A stretch of 64,000 nucleotides of DNA from an uncultured Verrucomicrobiae bacterium. Its GTDB lineage: Bacteria; Verrucomicrobiota; Verrucomicrobiia; Limisphaerales; JAFGQR01. The stretch covers positions 288,001 through 352,000 of the forward strand of contig CAWBHS010000057.1 in the NCBI GenBank assembly GCA_963788655.1. Direction: 5' to 3'. Positions 55,801-64,000 of the stretch are shown here, piece after piece (within the stretch, counting starts at the first letter, position 1; each line of letters starts with the position of its first letter). The notes beneath the pieces were generated by a model. That model did not search any database, was not told the origin of the DNA, and saw only the letters and a program-made list of their open reading frames with translations. Made by a program: the position numbers and the translations under genes.

Positions 55801-56393
55801 CGCGCGAGCTGATCCTGGTGGGACAGGTTCCCGGCGACGATTTCGCGGCGTTGACGAAGCGGATCGAGGCCGGAGCCACCGCGGTGTTCCTCTGTCCGTC
55901 CGTGTTCGCCCAGAAAGGCCAGCCGACCGCTTTGTTGCCACTGGCAAACAAAGGTAGCTTGGTGGCCGTCCATGACTGGCTCTACGAAAACAATGACTGG
56001 GCCAAAAGCCACCCGATCTTCAAGGGGCTGCCCACGGGCCTCCTTGATTACCAGTTCTACCGCGAGATTCTCGGGGACACGTTTTACAGTGGCCAGGCTC
56101 CACCGGACGAAGTCGTCGCGGGGATGATCAACACGTCGATCGGTTACAGTTCCGGCCTTACGGTGGCGGTGTATCGGCTCGGGCAAGGTCGCCTCGTGCT
56201 CAACTCACTGCGCGTGCGGGAGAATCTGTCCGTCGAAAACTCCCACCCAGTGGCCGAGCGGCTGTTGCGAAACATGCTGAATTTTGCCAAGGCAGAATCG
56301 CCTGAGAAATGGCAGCGACACTTGCGATTGGCCGACTGGAGCGCGGCGTTCACGCCGCTTCAACGTGCGCAATTGCTGACGCCTCGGCGTTGA
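52834..56393 (+). CDS. Secreted GH2-family glycoside hydrolase, frameshifted
   Basis: GVAWYWR, GFRDF, RNHPSVVIWGLLNE, ISEYG. Confidence 0.88.
56338..56362 (+). repeat. Solo REP-like unit (family C, as inside the MITE)
   Basis: GGAGCGCGGCGTTCACGCCGCTTCA vs GGAGCGCGGCGTTTACGCCGCTTCA in the MITE. Confidence 0.8.
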
Positions 56394-56477
56394 AAGACGT
56401 CAGACACGGCAAAGGGATTTCCAAACGGATGCTTTCGGGTATTTTGCGTGGTTCGCGGTTCCTGTGTTCTTTCCACC

Positions 56478-56575
56478 ATGAATTCCGACCTATTGTTCAA
56501 AGCAGAAAGCTACAAAATCATTGGCGCGTGCTTCGAGGTTTACCGGGAGAAAGGTTGCGGCTTCCTGGAACCGCG
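56478..56575 (+). pseudogene. GxxExxY protein N-terminal fragment
   Basis: ESYKIIGACFEVYREKGCGFLEP, then breaks. Confidence 0.8.
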
Positions 56576-56611
56576 TCTCCGCGCTGGAATGTTCATCCGG
56601 AAAAATGAGGA

Positions 56612-57120
56612 TCAAGCGCCTACGCCACCTCCGCGAACTCGTGCAGGAACAGCCCGTACCTTACCGCCCGCCTTGGCGGTGAACACGGCCGCGTTGCGCC
56701 ACATCTCCGCCCGACGGTGGTGAACAATCCGCTGTGGCCCAGCCGCACCCACCAGCGTCGAGTGAAGGCTCTGCACCGGGCCGTCGAAGGTGATCGCCAC
56801 CACCTTACCTTTCGGTTCGGGCGCGTCTTCGTAATCGCGGTTGAACTGCGACGGGAAGACCAGATAGCGCCTGTCATCCGCGCTTTCCCGCAACGCCAGG
56901 TGCGTACCGGACCAGTTCCTCGGTCGTCGCGTGCAACAGCAACTGCTCCTGGCCGGTGTCCGTGACCTTCTGCTCCTTCGGCACAAAGAACTTGCCGGCC
57001 AAGGCGATTTCTTCCGCCAGCGAACCGAGGCCGTCCGGCTCCTCCTTGACCGTGTTGACCATCGCGGAGGCTGCCGTGCTGGCGCCGGTCCAAATTCCGC
57101 CGTCCGATTATCTGGGTCAC
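56612..57120 (-). pseudogene. Internal fragment of a large TIR/Roc-COR-type protein
   Basis: Multi-frame pieces QEQLLLHATTEELVR, YLVFPSQFNRD, VRLGHSGLF, MWRNAAVF; recognised by resemblance only. Confidence 0.5.
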
Positions 57121-57197
57121 CCGGCGTGGCGGCAGCGAATCGAGGTGCTACGCGAAGCCGGGCGACAACTGCGCACGTTCCACCGCCCCGACCCAAC

Positions 57198-57233
57198 GAC
57201 AACCTTTTGTCGCGTATGCAACAAAAGGTTGTC
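57198..57233. other. 13-bp inverted repeat
   Basis: GACAACCTTTTGT-10 nt-ACAAAAGGTTGTC. Confidence 0.8.
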
Positions 57234-57383
57234 AGACTCAATCGCGTTGCAGTTGGCGATGTTCGGCGGACGGTGAACCAAAGGTAGCCGCGGGGCGGCA
57301 AGAAGCATATGGGCCTGCCCAAGCGTCATAATTCCGAACAAATAGCTTTCTACTCAGTGGAGACAGGCAGAACCTTGATGCCA

Positions 57384-57877
57384 ATGAACCAACTGAAAAA
57401 GCGATTCTCCGTGATCCGCGGAGCGTCAAAAAAGCAACCTGCCATCAGTTGCATGATAGCGTGCGGTAGGGATTCATATCTGAAAGCCGTCGAGAGGCAA
57501 TGTGTCCCGATCATTGAGGGCTACCTGGCCTACAAGGACAGGAATCCGATCATTCTGTTGGATGTGACAGAGAGAAGATTTACGTCTATCGGTACGAGGA
57601 GTTCAAGAAGGGGCTGAGTGAGCGCGGGCAGACGTCACTGGCCGAGCAGTACAACCGGGTGCTCAGGGAAGAGCAGTTCATTATCTTTGTGCGGGACCGT
57701 AAGAAGAAGAAGCTCCTATCGTATTCTCTGGAGCGGCCTGTCGTGAAGTGGCGATATAAATTGGAACAGGCAGAGACGCCTCCTCCGAGCATGGCAGAAC
57801 AGCTGAGGGGTGAGCACAGAAGCGGTAGCGCGCGGCAGCCTACCGTGTACGCCGGCTGGGCGGCGGGCGAAAGTTGA
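57384..57877 (+). CDS. Hypothetical protein, frameshift near 57575
   Basis: PIILLDVTER / YEEFKKGLSERGQTSLAEQY / FIIFVRD pieces; lower GC than flanks. Confidence 0.5.
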
Positions 57878-58899
57878 CGGAGGTGAAGGATCCCGCCATA
57901 GTTCCGAAGTTGGAGCGTTTGCTTCAAGACCAAAATGAGGTTGGCGGGAGTCCATATGACCGAACAGAAATGGATTCGGAGCAGCCTTCGTCGGTTGAGC
58001 GAGCAGTTGAGAGCCGAAGGGCATCCAGCGAGCACCGGAACGGTTGGCCGCCTGCTAAGAGAAATGGGCTTTTCCTTGAAGGCAAATCAGAGAAAGCAGG
58101 GTCGGTCCGGGATGCCCCGAAAGGGACGAGCAGTTCAGGTACATCGCAGCCCAGAAACAATGTTTCATCGCGGCCAGCTTGCCCGTCATTAGTATCGATA
58201 CAAAGAAGAAGGAGTTGATAGGCCCTTTCAGGAGCAAGGGGAAAACGTGGTGTAGGCAAGCGGAGGAGGTCAACGAGCATGACTTCCCTGGTGTGACTAA
58301 GTCCCCGAGCTGTTCCCTTTGGAATCTACGACATCGCGAAGAATCAGGGACATGTCTATGTCGGTGTGTCGAACAACACGCCGGAATTCGCGGTCTGCTC
58401 CATTGCGCGCTGGTGGCAGGGTAAGGGACGTCGCTCGTATCCAGGCGCAAGGGGAGTGCTCGTGTTGGCAGATAGTGGGGGAAGCAATGGCTGCCGAGCG
58501 CGGGCCTGGAAACTCAGCGTCCAAGAGAGTCTTTGCGATGAGTTTGGCCTGTCAGTGACCGTCTGCCACTTTCCAACGGGGTGTTCGAAATGGAACCCTG
58601 TCGAGCACCGCCTGTTCAGCTACATCAGCAAGAATTGGGAGGGGAAGCCGCTGAAGACCCTGGAGATTATGTTGGCATGTACTACAGGGTACAAGATTAC
58701 GGCGACTGGATTAAAGGTCACAGCCTTTCTTGATGAAGGAGCCTACACGAAAGGCCGAAAAGTGACGAGCGGGGATTTCGAAGGCCTCAATGTGGAATCT
58801 CATACGGTCTGTCCCAAGTGGAATTACACCCTGCGTCCGAGGCGGTTCGGCAACAAGAACCAGATTACTTGTGGGACCGGGTTGGCTCACGACGAGTGA
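57840..58899 (+). mobile_element. ISAzo13-family transposase, frameshifted and lacking its normal N-terminus
   Basis: RRLGGGRK, GFSLKAN, VISIDTKKKELIG, ADSGGSNG, HFPTGCSKWNPVEHRLFS, WNYT. Confidence 0.9.
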
Positions 58900-58906
58900 T
58901 GGTGCC

Positions 58907-59413
58907 ATGACCTTCGTCACCATTGATTTCGAAACGGCCGACCATGGCCCTGACAGCGCCTGCGCAATCGGCCTCGTCCGCGCTTCCGACGATAGAATCG
59001 TTACGCGGAAATGCTACCTGGTGCGCCCACCGAGGCAGTCCTTCTTTTTTTCGGACATACATGGAATCACTTGGGAAAAAGTCTGCGACCAGCCGACTTT
59101 CGCTGCTGTGTGGCCCGAAATCCAAGAACTGATTCTTGGCGCGGAGTTCCTTGCCTCACACGGCGCGAGCTTTGACCGCCGCGTCCTCAAGTCCTGTTGC
59201 CAGGTGGCAAACGTAATCTCGCCACAAATACCCCATGTCTGTACGGTGAAGCTCGCCCGTAACACTTGGGGCATCCACCCTACCAATCTTTCCATGGTCT
59301 GTAGGCATCTGGGACTCCGACTAAATCACCACGAGGCTCTCTCGGATGCTGAGGCATGTGCAGGAATCGTAATTGCGGCCCGTAAGTGCGGAGCGGAAAT
59401 CTGCCTGTCGTGA
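58907..59413 (+). CDS. DEDDh 3'-5' exonuclease (DnaQ-like)
   Basis: TIDFETA, SHGASFD, HHEALSDAEAC. Confidence 0.92.
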   Translation: MTFVTIDFETADHGPDSACAIGLVRASDDRIVTRKCYLVRPPRQSFFFSDIHGITWEKVCDQPTFAAVWPEIQELILGAEFLASHGASFDRRVLKSCCQVANVISPQIPHVCTVKLARNTWGIHPTNLSMVCRHLGLRLNHHEALSDAEACAGIVIAARKCGAEICLS

Positions 59414-59514
59414 CCGGCTCGCTGATCTCCCCGCGCTGTTCTGATAAGATCACTCGGAATTGAGTTAGACCAATTCGTGGCGGGGGAGTTCCTGAGCCAC
59501 CCGTTGCGGCTATT

Positions 59515-59660
59515 TCCGAACAGCGGGTCCATTCTATTCGGGCGTTTTCGTCCATCCGAATCAGTGGCGGCCAAAGGTGTTTGCAGCTTTCGCCGGGGAG
59601 TTTCTTCGTCGCATCCAGGCCGAGTATGCTGCCGAGGGCGGTTTCACTGGTGGCGTGCTC
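59515..59660 (-). pseudogene. 3' fragment of a UbiD/MqnL-family decarboxylase
   Basis: Manual translation EHATSETALGSILGLDATKKLPGE....WPPLIRMDE. Confidence 0.7.
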
Positions 59661-59994
59661 CGCCGCAGGGTGTCCGGGAGTTTGCAGTCAGCCAGCAGGA
59701 GCGGGATGAATCGGCGTTCGGCGTTGGACGGATCGCGAAACAGCACGGTGCTGCGCTCCAGCCCCACCCAGTCCGATCCCAACGCCGCCGGTGACAGGCA
59801 GGACACCAGCGTGCGCGACGCTTCCAGCCTGCGCTCGATGGCCAGGTAAATACCGTCCCCCGGCTGGATGACCCACTCATCAAACCACACGCGCAGCCCC
59901 GTCGCCCGCAGCCGTTTTCTGCTAGCCGCCGCACCCGCGGCTTGTCCGCATGGTTGTGGCTCAGGAAAACGTCGTATTGGAAGGCTGTGGTCAT
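59661..59994 (-). pseudogene. TIR domain, truncated N-terminus of a larger protein
   Basis: YDVFLSHNHADK, VWFDEW, SDWVGLE, FIPLLL. Confidence 0.85.
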
Positions 59995-60003
59995 GGCGGG
60001 AGG

Positions 60004-60399
60004 TCAGAGCGGGTTCTCAGCGATACCGGCAGCCCACGGTTTCTTGCCGAGTTTTCCATCCAGAGTCGCGAGTTTAAGGCCGTGGCTAGCAGCCAATCGC
60101 ACCAGATGAGCGTCCGTCACGTCCTTGCTGGTGGAAAGTGCCGGCAGCGAGTCCGCCCGAGTAGCGTCGGTGATAAAACGATGCGCCTTTAATTGCAGGA
60201 TCGCGGCCAGAGCCGTCCTGGCATCCGCGAAGGAAGCGCCGTAAGCTTGGCTCATGCTCACCCGCAAGAATCCCATCTGGGTGATCGGCGTGGTGGCAAA
60301 GGCGGCCGTGGCGTTCAACCAGCGGTTGGCGCGGGCGTGATCTGCGTGGCCCGCCCAGGCGCAGGCGAGCAAAAGATTCACGTCCAGGAGATGGCTCAC
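60004..60399 (-). CDS. vapC: PIN/VapC toxin
   Basis: LLDVNLL, TQMGFLR, TDAHL, LATLD. Confidence 0.88.
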   Translation of the reverse strand: MSHLLDVNLLLACAWAGHADHARANRWLNATAAFATTPITQMGFLRVSMSQAYGASFADARTALAAILQLKAHRFITDATRADSLPALSTSKDVTDAHLVRLAASHGLKLATLDGKLGKKPWAAGIAENPL

Positions 60400-60647
60400 G
60401 AGAGATCCTCCAGGACGGCTTTGACCCGCTCCGGAGTCATAGGCGGCGCACTTGTTGGCGCGACCAGCACGGGCCGTCCGAACTTTCCTCGAACTAGCCG
60501 GGCGCGTTTGGGTTGGTCGCGTTGCAGGATGAGCTTCTCACCCACCACGGCAAACGAAACCTTGTCGCCCGGCTGGAGATGCAGGGCCTTGCGGAACCGG
60601 TTGGGAATTACCAACTGACCTTTGGTAGAAAGCGTTGCCGTGCTCAT
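60396..60647 (-). CDS. vapB: AbrB/MazE-type antitoxin
   Basis: LSTKGQLVIP..R..L.L.PGD; overlaps the toxin start. Confidence 0.88.
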   Translation of the reverse strand: MSTATLSTKGQLVIPNRFRKALHLQPGDKVSFAVVGEKLILQRDQPKRARLVRGKFGRPVLVAPTSAPPMTPERVKAVLEDLS

Positions 60648-60873
60648 GCCGAAATTCTTACCTGTCTTACACCAAGGTGCAATGGGTTTTTTCCGGACTG
60701 GGGCGTTCGCCCAGAAGGGTGCGACAATATCAAGCGGTGACCGGCGTTGGACGGGTCGCGGAACATGCTGAACTTCGCCCAGTCAGAGGTGCGGCAGGAG
60801 ATTTCATGCCAGAAAAAAGTCGCGAAAATCCGTAAACCTGTCGCAGAATGACGTCCGTATCAGAAACATCGCG

Positions 60874-62967
60874 ATGAGAACTCGAATTCAACCTGCGCGG
60901 CACTGCTGTATTGCGCTTGCCGTGGCAGTATTTTACTCACTCCCAGCAATTCATGCTGCCGACATGCCAAGCCTTGCCCCCTCAGCGGCACGCAAGGGCA
61001 TTGCCCTCCATGTGTCCAAGCTGGGTGACAATTCAGACGGACGCAGTTGGCAGACGGCTTTTCACACCATTCAAAAAGCGCTGAATGCCGTGCCGGATAA
61101 CCAGGGCGGCCATCACATCATCATTCGCCCGGACACCTACGCGGAGGCCAATCTGTATCCGGCGCACCCCGGGGCGGCCGGCGCATACAACGTGCTCGAA
61201 GGCGATTGGGATGGCCGCCTCGGTTCAGGGGCCACGGGCTGGGTGGTGATCGATTCCGGCGCGCCGCAGGTCGTTGTGCGCACCAATCCCAAAGCGTCCA
61301 CCGGCAATCCCGCCTTCATGATCCTGCCGGGCGGAGAGCCAGATAAAGAGACGGGCTTGAAGAGTGTCGATTGGTGGGGCCCGTGGCGTTGCGACCCCAG
61401 CTTCTCCGCGGCGATCTGGGACCGCTGGGAGTTTCACCGCCTTTACGCAACCGGCTCGGAGGGCGGGATGGGCTGGGACATGACCTGCCGGGCGGGTTGT
61501 GAGTTCTCGGTCATCGTGGAAGACTGTGTCGGCCTGGGCCGGTTTGCGGGCGCGAGTGTCATGGGCCACGTGAACCGCCCCGAGGAACCGGTGGTATTCC
61601 GCCGCTCGTTCTTCATGTGTCTCGATGTGTGGGGGGACGCCGGCGGGGCCTATGTGCGCGCCCACAATAAGGTCATGCCCAAAACGCCCGACGCGGTGTT
61701 CGAGGATTGCACGATTGTGGGACCGGACAACGCGCTCCAGGTGGGTTATCCGAACTTCGAGGGTTACTCGCGGGTGAAGTTCACGAACTGCCGGTTAATC
61801 GTCCTCAACTTCTCCCAGCCCCACGGCACGCCGGCCACCGGGGTGATCTACAGCGACCTGAAGGGCAAGTTCCTGCACGTCGATCTGGAGAATTGCACGT
61901 TGATGGGCTACAAAATCTTTGGTGCGCTGAACGACGACCTCTTCACTTACACCACCACCGGCACGAACCGCGCCTACGTTCAATACCGCCAATCCGTGCC
62001 GGCCGGTTTCGAGCGTCTGCAGTTCTGGCCGGTTGAGGCGTTCAGCGACCTGCTGCCGGCGCGGTTCGTCCGTCCCGGAATGGCGGACCTCGGCCGGCCC
62101 AAGCTGATCAAGTTGCCCTTCGCCCTGAGCCGCACGATGGAGAACACGCCGGTCCTTTACCAGTCGCGGCCCCTGCTCGTACTCAACCATCGCGACGATA
62201 CCAAGGGCAACACCGATGATTACACGAACAGCATGCATCTCTACATTCGGGATTTGACAACGGGCGAGGAGGTGGCGCGCTTCGGCACCGGGTTTTCCTT
62301 TGCGAACGCGTTTGTCCGCGGCCCGGAACTGAACGTCTTCGCGAGCGAGGGAAGCAACCGCGATTGGTTTCAGAGCATTTATCGCTTCTGGTCCACGAAC
62401 CTCACCAACTGGAACCGGGAACTGGCCGTTCCGAAGGAGGAAGGCGAACACCTTTTCAACACCTCCGTTTGCCAGGATGCGCAAGGTTATCTCATAGCGT
62501 ATGAAGCGGACAAGCCGGTTAAATTCTGCTTCAAGTTTGCGCGCTCGAAAGATTTGTCGCATTGGGAGAAGCTTCCGGGCTTGACCTTCACCGGCGCCAA
62601 CCACGAGTACAGCGCCTGTCCGGTCATTCGCTACTTTGCCCCCTATTACTACGTCATTTATCTCCACCAGGCCGTGCCGGGCCATAAAGGCTGGATTTCC
62701 TTTCTCGCCCGCTCAGCCGACCTCGCCACCTGGGAACTGAGCCCGTTCAACCCGATCCTCGAAGCCGGCCCCGGCGAAGGAATCAACAACTCGGACGTGG
62801 ACCTGTTCGAATACGAAGGAAACACCTACTTGTTTTACGCCACCGGGGATCAAGCCACGTGGGGTGCAGTGCGGGTGGCTCAGTTTGCCGGCCCAATGAA
62901 AGAATTTTTCGTCCGCCACTTTCCTGAAGGGGCACCCGTTGTCAGAGTGAGCGCGCGCCAACCGTGA
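60874..62967 (+). CDS. Secreted two-domain protein: beta-helix-like N-terminus plus five-bladed beta-propeller glycosidase-like C-terminus
   Basis: Signal peptide; VSKLGDNSDGRSWQTAFHTIQKAL; SKDLSHW, SADLATW, NNSDVD. Confidence 0.65.
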   Translation: MRTRIQPARHCCIALAVAVFYSLPAIHAADMPSLAPSAARKGIALHVSKLGDNSDGRSWQTAFHTIQKALNAVPDNQGGHHIIIRPDTYAEANLYPAHPGAAGAYNVLEGDWDGRLGSGATGWVVIDSGAPQVVVRTNPKASTGNPAFMILPGGEPDKETGLKSVDWWGPWRCDPSFSAAIWDRWEFHRLYATGSEGGMGWDMTCRAGCEFSVIVEDCVGLGRFAGASVMGHVNRPEEPVVFRRSFFMCLDVWGDAGGAYVRAHNKVMPKTPDAVFEDCTIVGPDNALQVGYPNFEGYSRVKFTNCRLIVLNFSQPHGTPATGVIYSDLKGKFLHVDLENCTLMGYKIFGALNDDLFTYTTTGTNRAYVQYRQSVPAGFERLQFWPVEAFSDLLPARFVRPGMADLGRPKLIKLPFALSRTMENTPVLYQSRPLLVLNHRDDTKGNTDDYTNSMHLYIRDLTTGEEVARFGTGFSFANAFVRGPELNVFASEGSNRDWFQSIYRFWSTNLTNWNRELAVPKEEGEHLFNTSVCQDAQGYLIAYEADKPVKFCFKFARSKDLSHWEKLPGLTFTGANHEYSACPVIRYFAPYYYVIYLHQAVPGHKGWISFLARSADLATWELSPFNPILEAGPGEGINNSDVDLFEYEGNTYLFYATGDQATWGAVRVAQFAGPMKEFFVRHFPEGAPVVRVSARQP

Positions 62968-62988
62968 GGGTGTGTTTGGGAATTCCGG

Positions 62989-63100
62989 GTTGGAGTCCCG
63001 CCTTCAGGCGGTACGGTGTCCGCCCGCCGGAGAGTGTTGAAATCATACCAGCGCGCCAAGTCTGCCGGCGTATTACCGGCTGAAGCCGGGACTCCAAACG
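62989..63100. repeat. REP-like doublet (family B), intergenic
   Basis: TTGGAGTCCCGCCTTCAGGCGG ... CCGGCTGAAGCCGGGACTCCAA. Confidence 0.88.
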
Positions 63101-63147
63101 GTGACGCGTCCCTGATCGCCCATTCTGGAACGGTGTGCCGTCCGTCG

Positions 63148-63278
63148 CGCCAGCGTTTGGAGTGCGTCCGGCTTGCCGGCGCTTTCGCCCGGGGAGAGGC
63201 GGCCAACGCGTTGCAGCCGGCGCCTTTAGTTTTTGCACACGCGGTGTCCAATGAAAGCGGGAGCAAGCTCCACGCACT
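63148..63278. repeat. REP-like doublet (family A-related), intergenic
   Basis: CGCCAGCGTTTGGAGTGCG...GCGCTTT and AAAGCG...CGCACT. Confidence 0.7.
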
Positions 63279-63285
63279 GGCGTAA

Positions 63286-64000
63286 TTACTCAAACGTCCA
63301 CGGCGACGTATCCACGCCGAGTTCCTCGAATAGGAAGCTGTAGATGTCCGCTAGTTCGGCGACGCGATCCCGCAGGGATGATCCCATGCCGTGTCCGGCG
63401 CTGGCCGTCATGCGCAACAGGATCGGATGCTCCGAACTCGTGGCGGCCTGGAGGGCGGCGGTCATTTTGCGCGAGTGCGCCGGGTTCACGCGACCGTCAT
63501 GTTCGCCGCAGGGAAACAACACCGCCGGATACGCCGTGCCGGCCTTGACGTGATGATAGGGGGAGTAGGCGTAAAGCGCCTTGAACTGCGCCGGATCCTT
63601 CACGCTGCCAAACTCGGTCACGTTGAACGCGCCATTGGGATCCAGTTCCACGCGCAGCATGTCGTAAATGCCCACGCGCGAAACCACGGCGCGCGCTAGC
63701 TCAGGCCGCTGGGTCAGGAATGCGCCCATCAAGAGTCCGCCGTTGCTGCCGCCCATGACCGCCAGTTTGGCCGGGCGCGTGTATTTGCGTTTGATGAGGT
63801 GTTCAGCGCACGCGATGAAGTCGTCGAACACATTTTGCTTGTTCGTCAGATTACCGGCTTTGTGCCATTCCTCGCCGAACTCGCCGCCGCCGCGCAGATT
63901 GGCGATCGCATACACGCCGCCGGCATCGAACCACACGCGCAGCGTCGGATTGAACCGAGGCGTCAGACTGATCCCGTAGCCGCCGTAGCCGTAGAGAATC
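63286..64000 (-). CDS. Prolyl oligopeptidase (S9A), 5' part outside window
   Basis: NLRGGGEFG, GGSNGG, HDGRV, AGHG. Confidence 0.95.
   Translation of the reverse strand, partial: ILYGYGGYGISLTPRFNPTLRVWFDAGGVYAIANLRGGGEFGEEWHKAGNLTNKQNVFDDFIACAEHLIKRKYTRPAKLAVMGGSNGGLLMGAFLTQRPELARAVVSRVGIYDMLRVELDPNGAFNVTEFGSVKDPAQFKALYAYSPYHHVKAGTAYPAVLFPCGEHDGRVNPAHSRKMTAALQAATSSEHPILLRMTASAGHGMGSSLRDRVAELADIYSFLFEELGVDTSPWTFE

Noticed and set aside
14453..56393. Widespread pseudogenisation or programmed frameshifting
   Set aside because: Single-base indels also hit mnmE, and one breaks an otherwise exact 690-bp repeat period; long-read error is the simpler explanation.

Overview
High-GC bacterial chromosome segment, inferred from gene content to be Verrucomicrobiota (Pedosphaerales/Limisphaerales-like). 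Many single-base frameshifts, even in mnmE, point to an unpolished long-read assembly, so most split ORFs are treated as single genes. (1) 1-10.7 kb: a decaying defence island at the 3' end of tRNA-Leu(GAG). It holds a truncated tyrosine integrase, stubs of type IIG and type I RM genes, and a type III mod-res locus with an ABC-type ATPase plus small nuclease-like gene nested between mod and res, followed by a PIN gene. (2) 11-23.6 kb: core genes (TPR protein, ispA, rpoZ, smpB, kinase-murQ fusion, mnmE). (3) 23.9-32.6 kb: two large secreted repeat/CotH proteins. (4) 32.8-56.4 kb: an AraC-linked sugar catabolism locus with two fused-E1 + E2 2-oxoacid-dehydrogenase-like modules and no E3, plus UxaE, transaldolase, SDRs, ALDH, two GH36 and a GH2. 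(5) 56.4-60.7 kb: a second gene graveyard (GxxExxY, COR, TIR and ubiD fragments, ISAzo13, DEDDh exonuclease, AbrB-PIN TA). (6) A secreted glycosidase-like protein and a partial prolyl oligopeptidase. Small repeats occur throughout: GGAG-tagged REP-like doublets, two of them in frame inside mod, and a 145-146 bp MITE in 3 copies (13-bp TIR, 4-bp TSD) that carries a REP doublet. No CRISPR array, rRNA or reverse transcriptase was seen. No database searches were run; all family calls rest on motif recognition.
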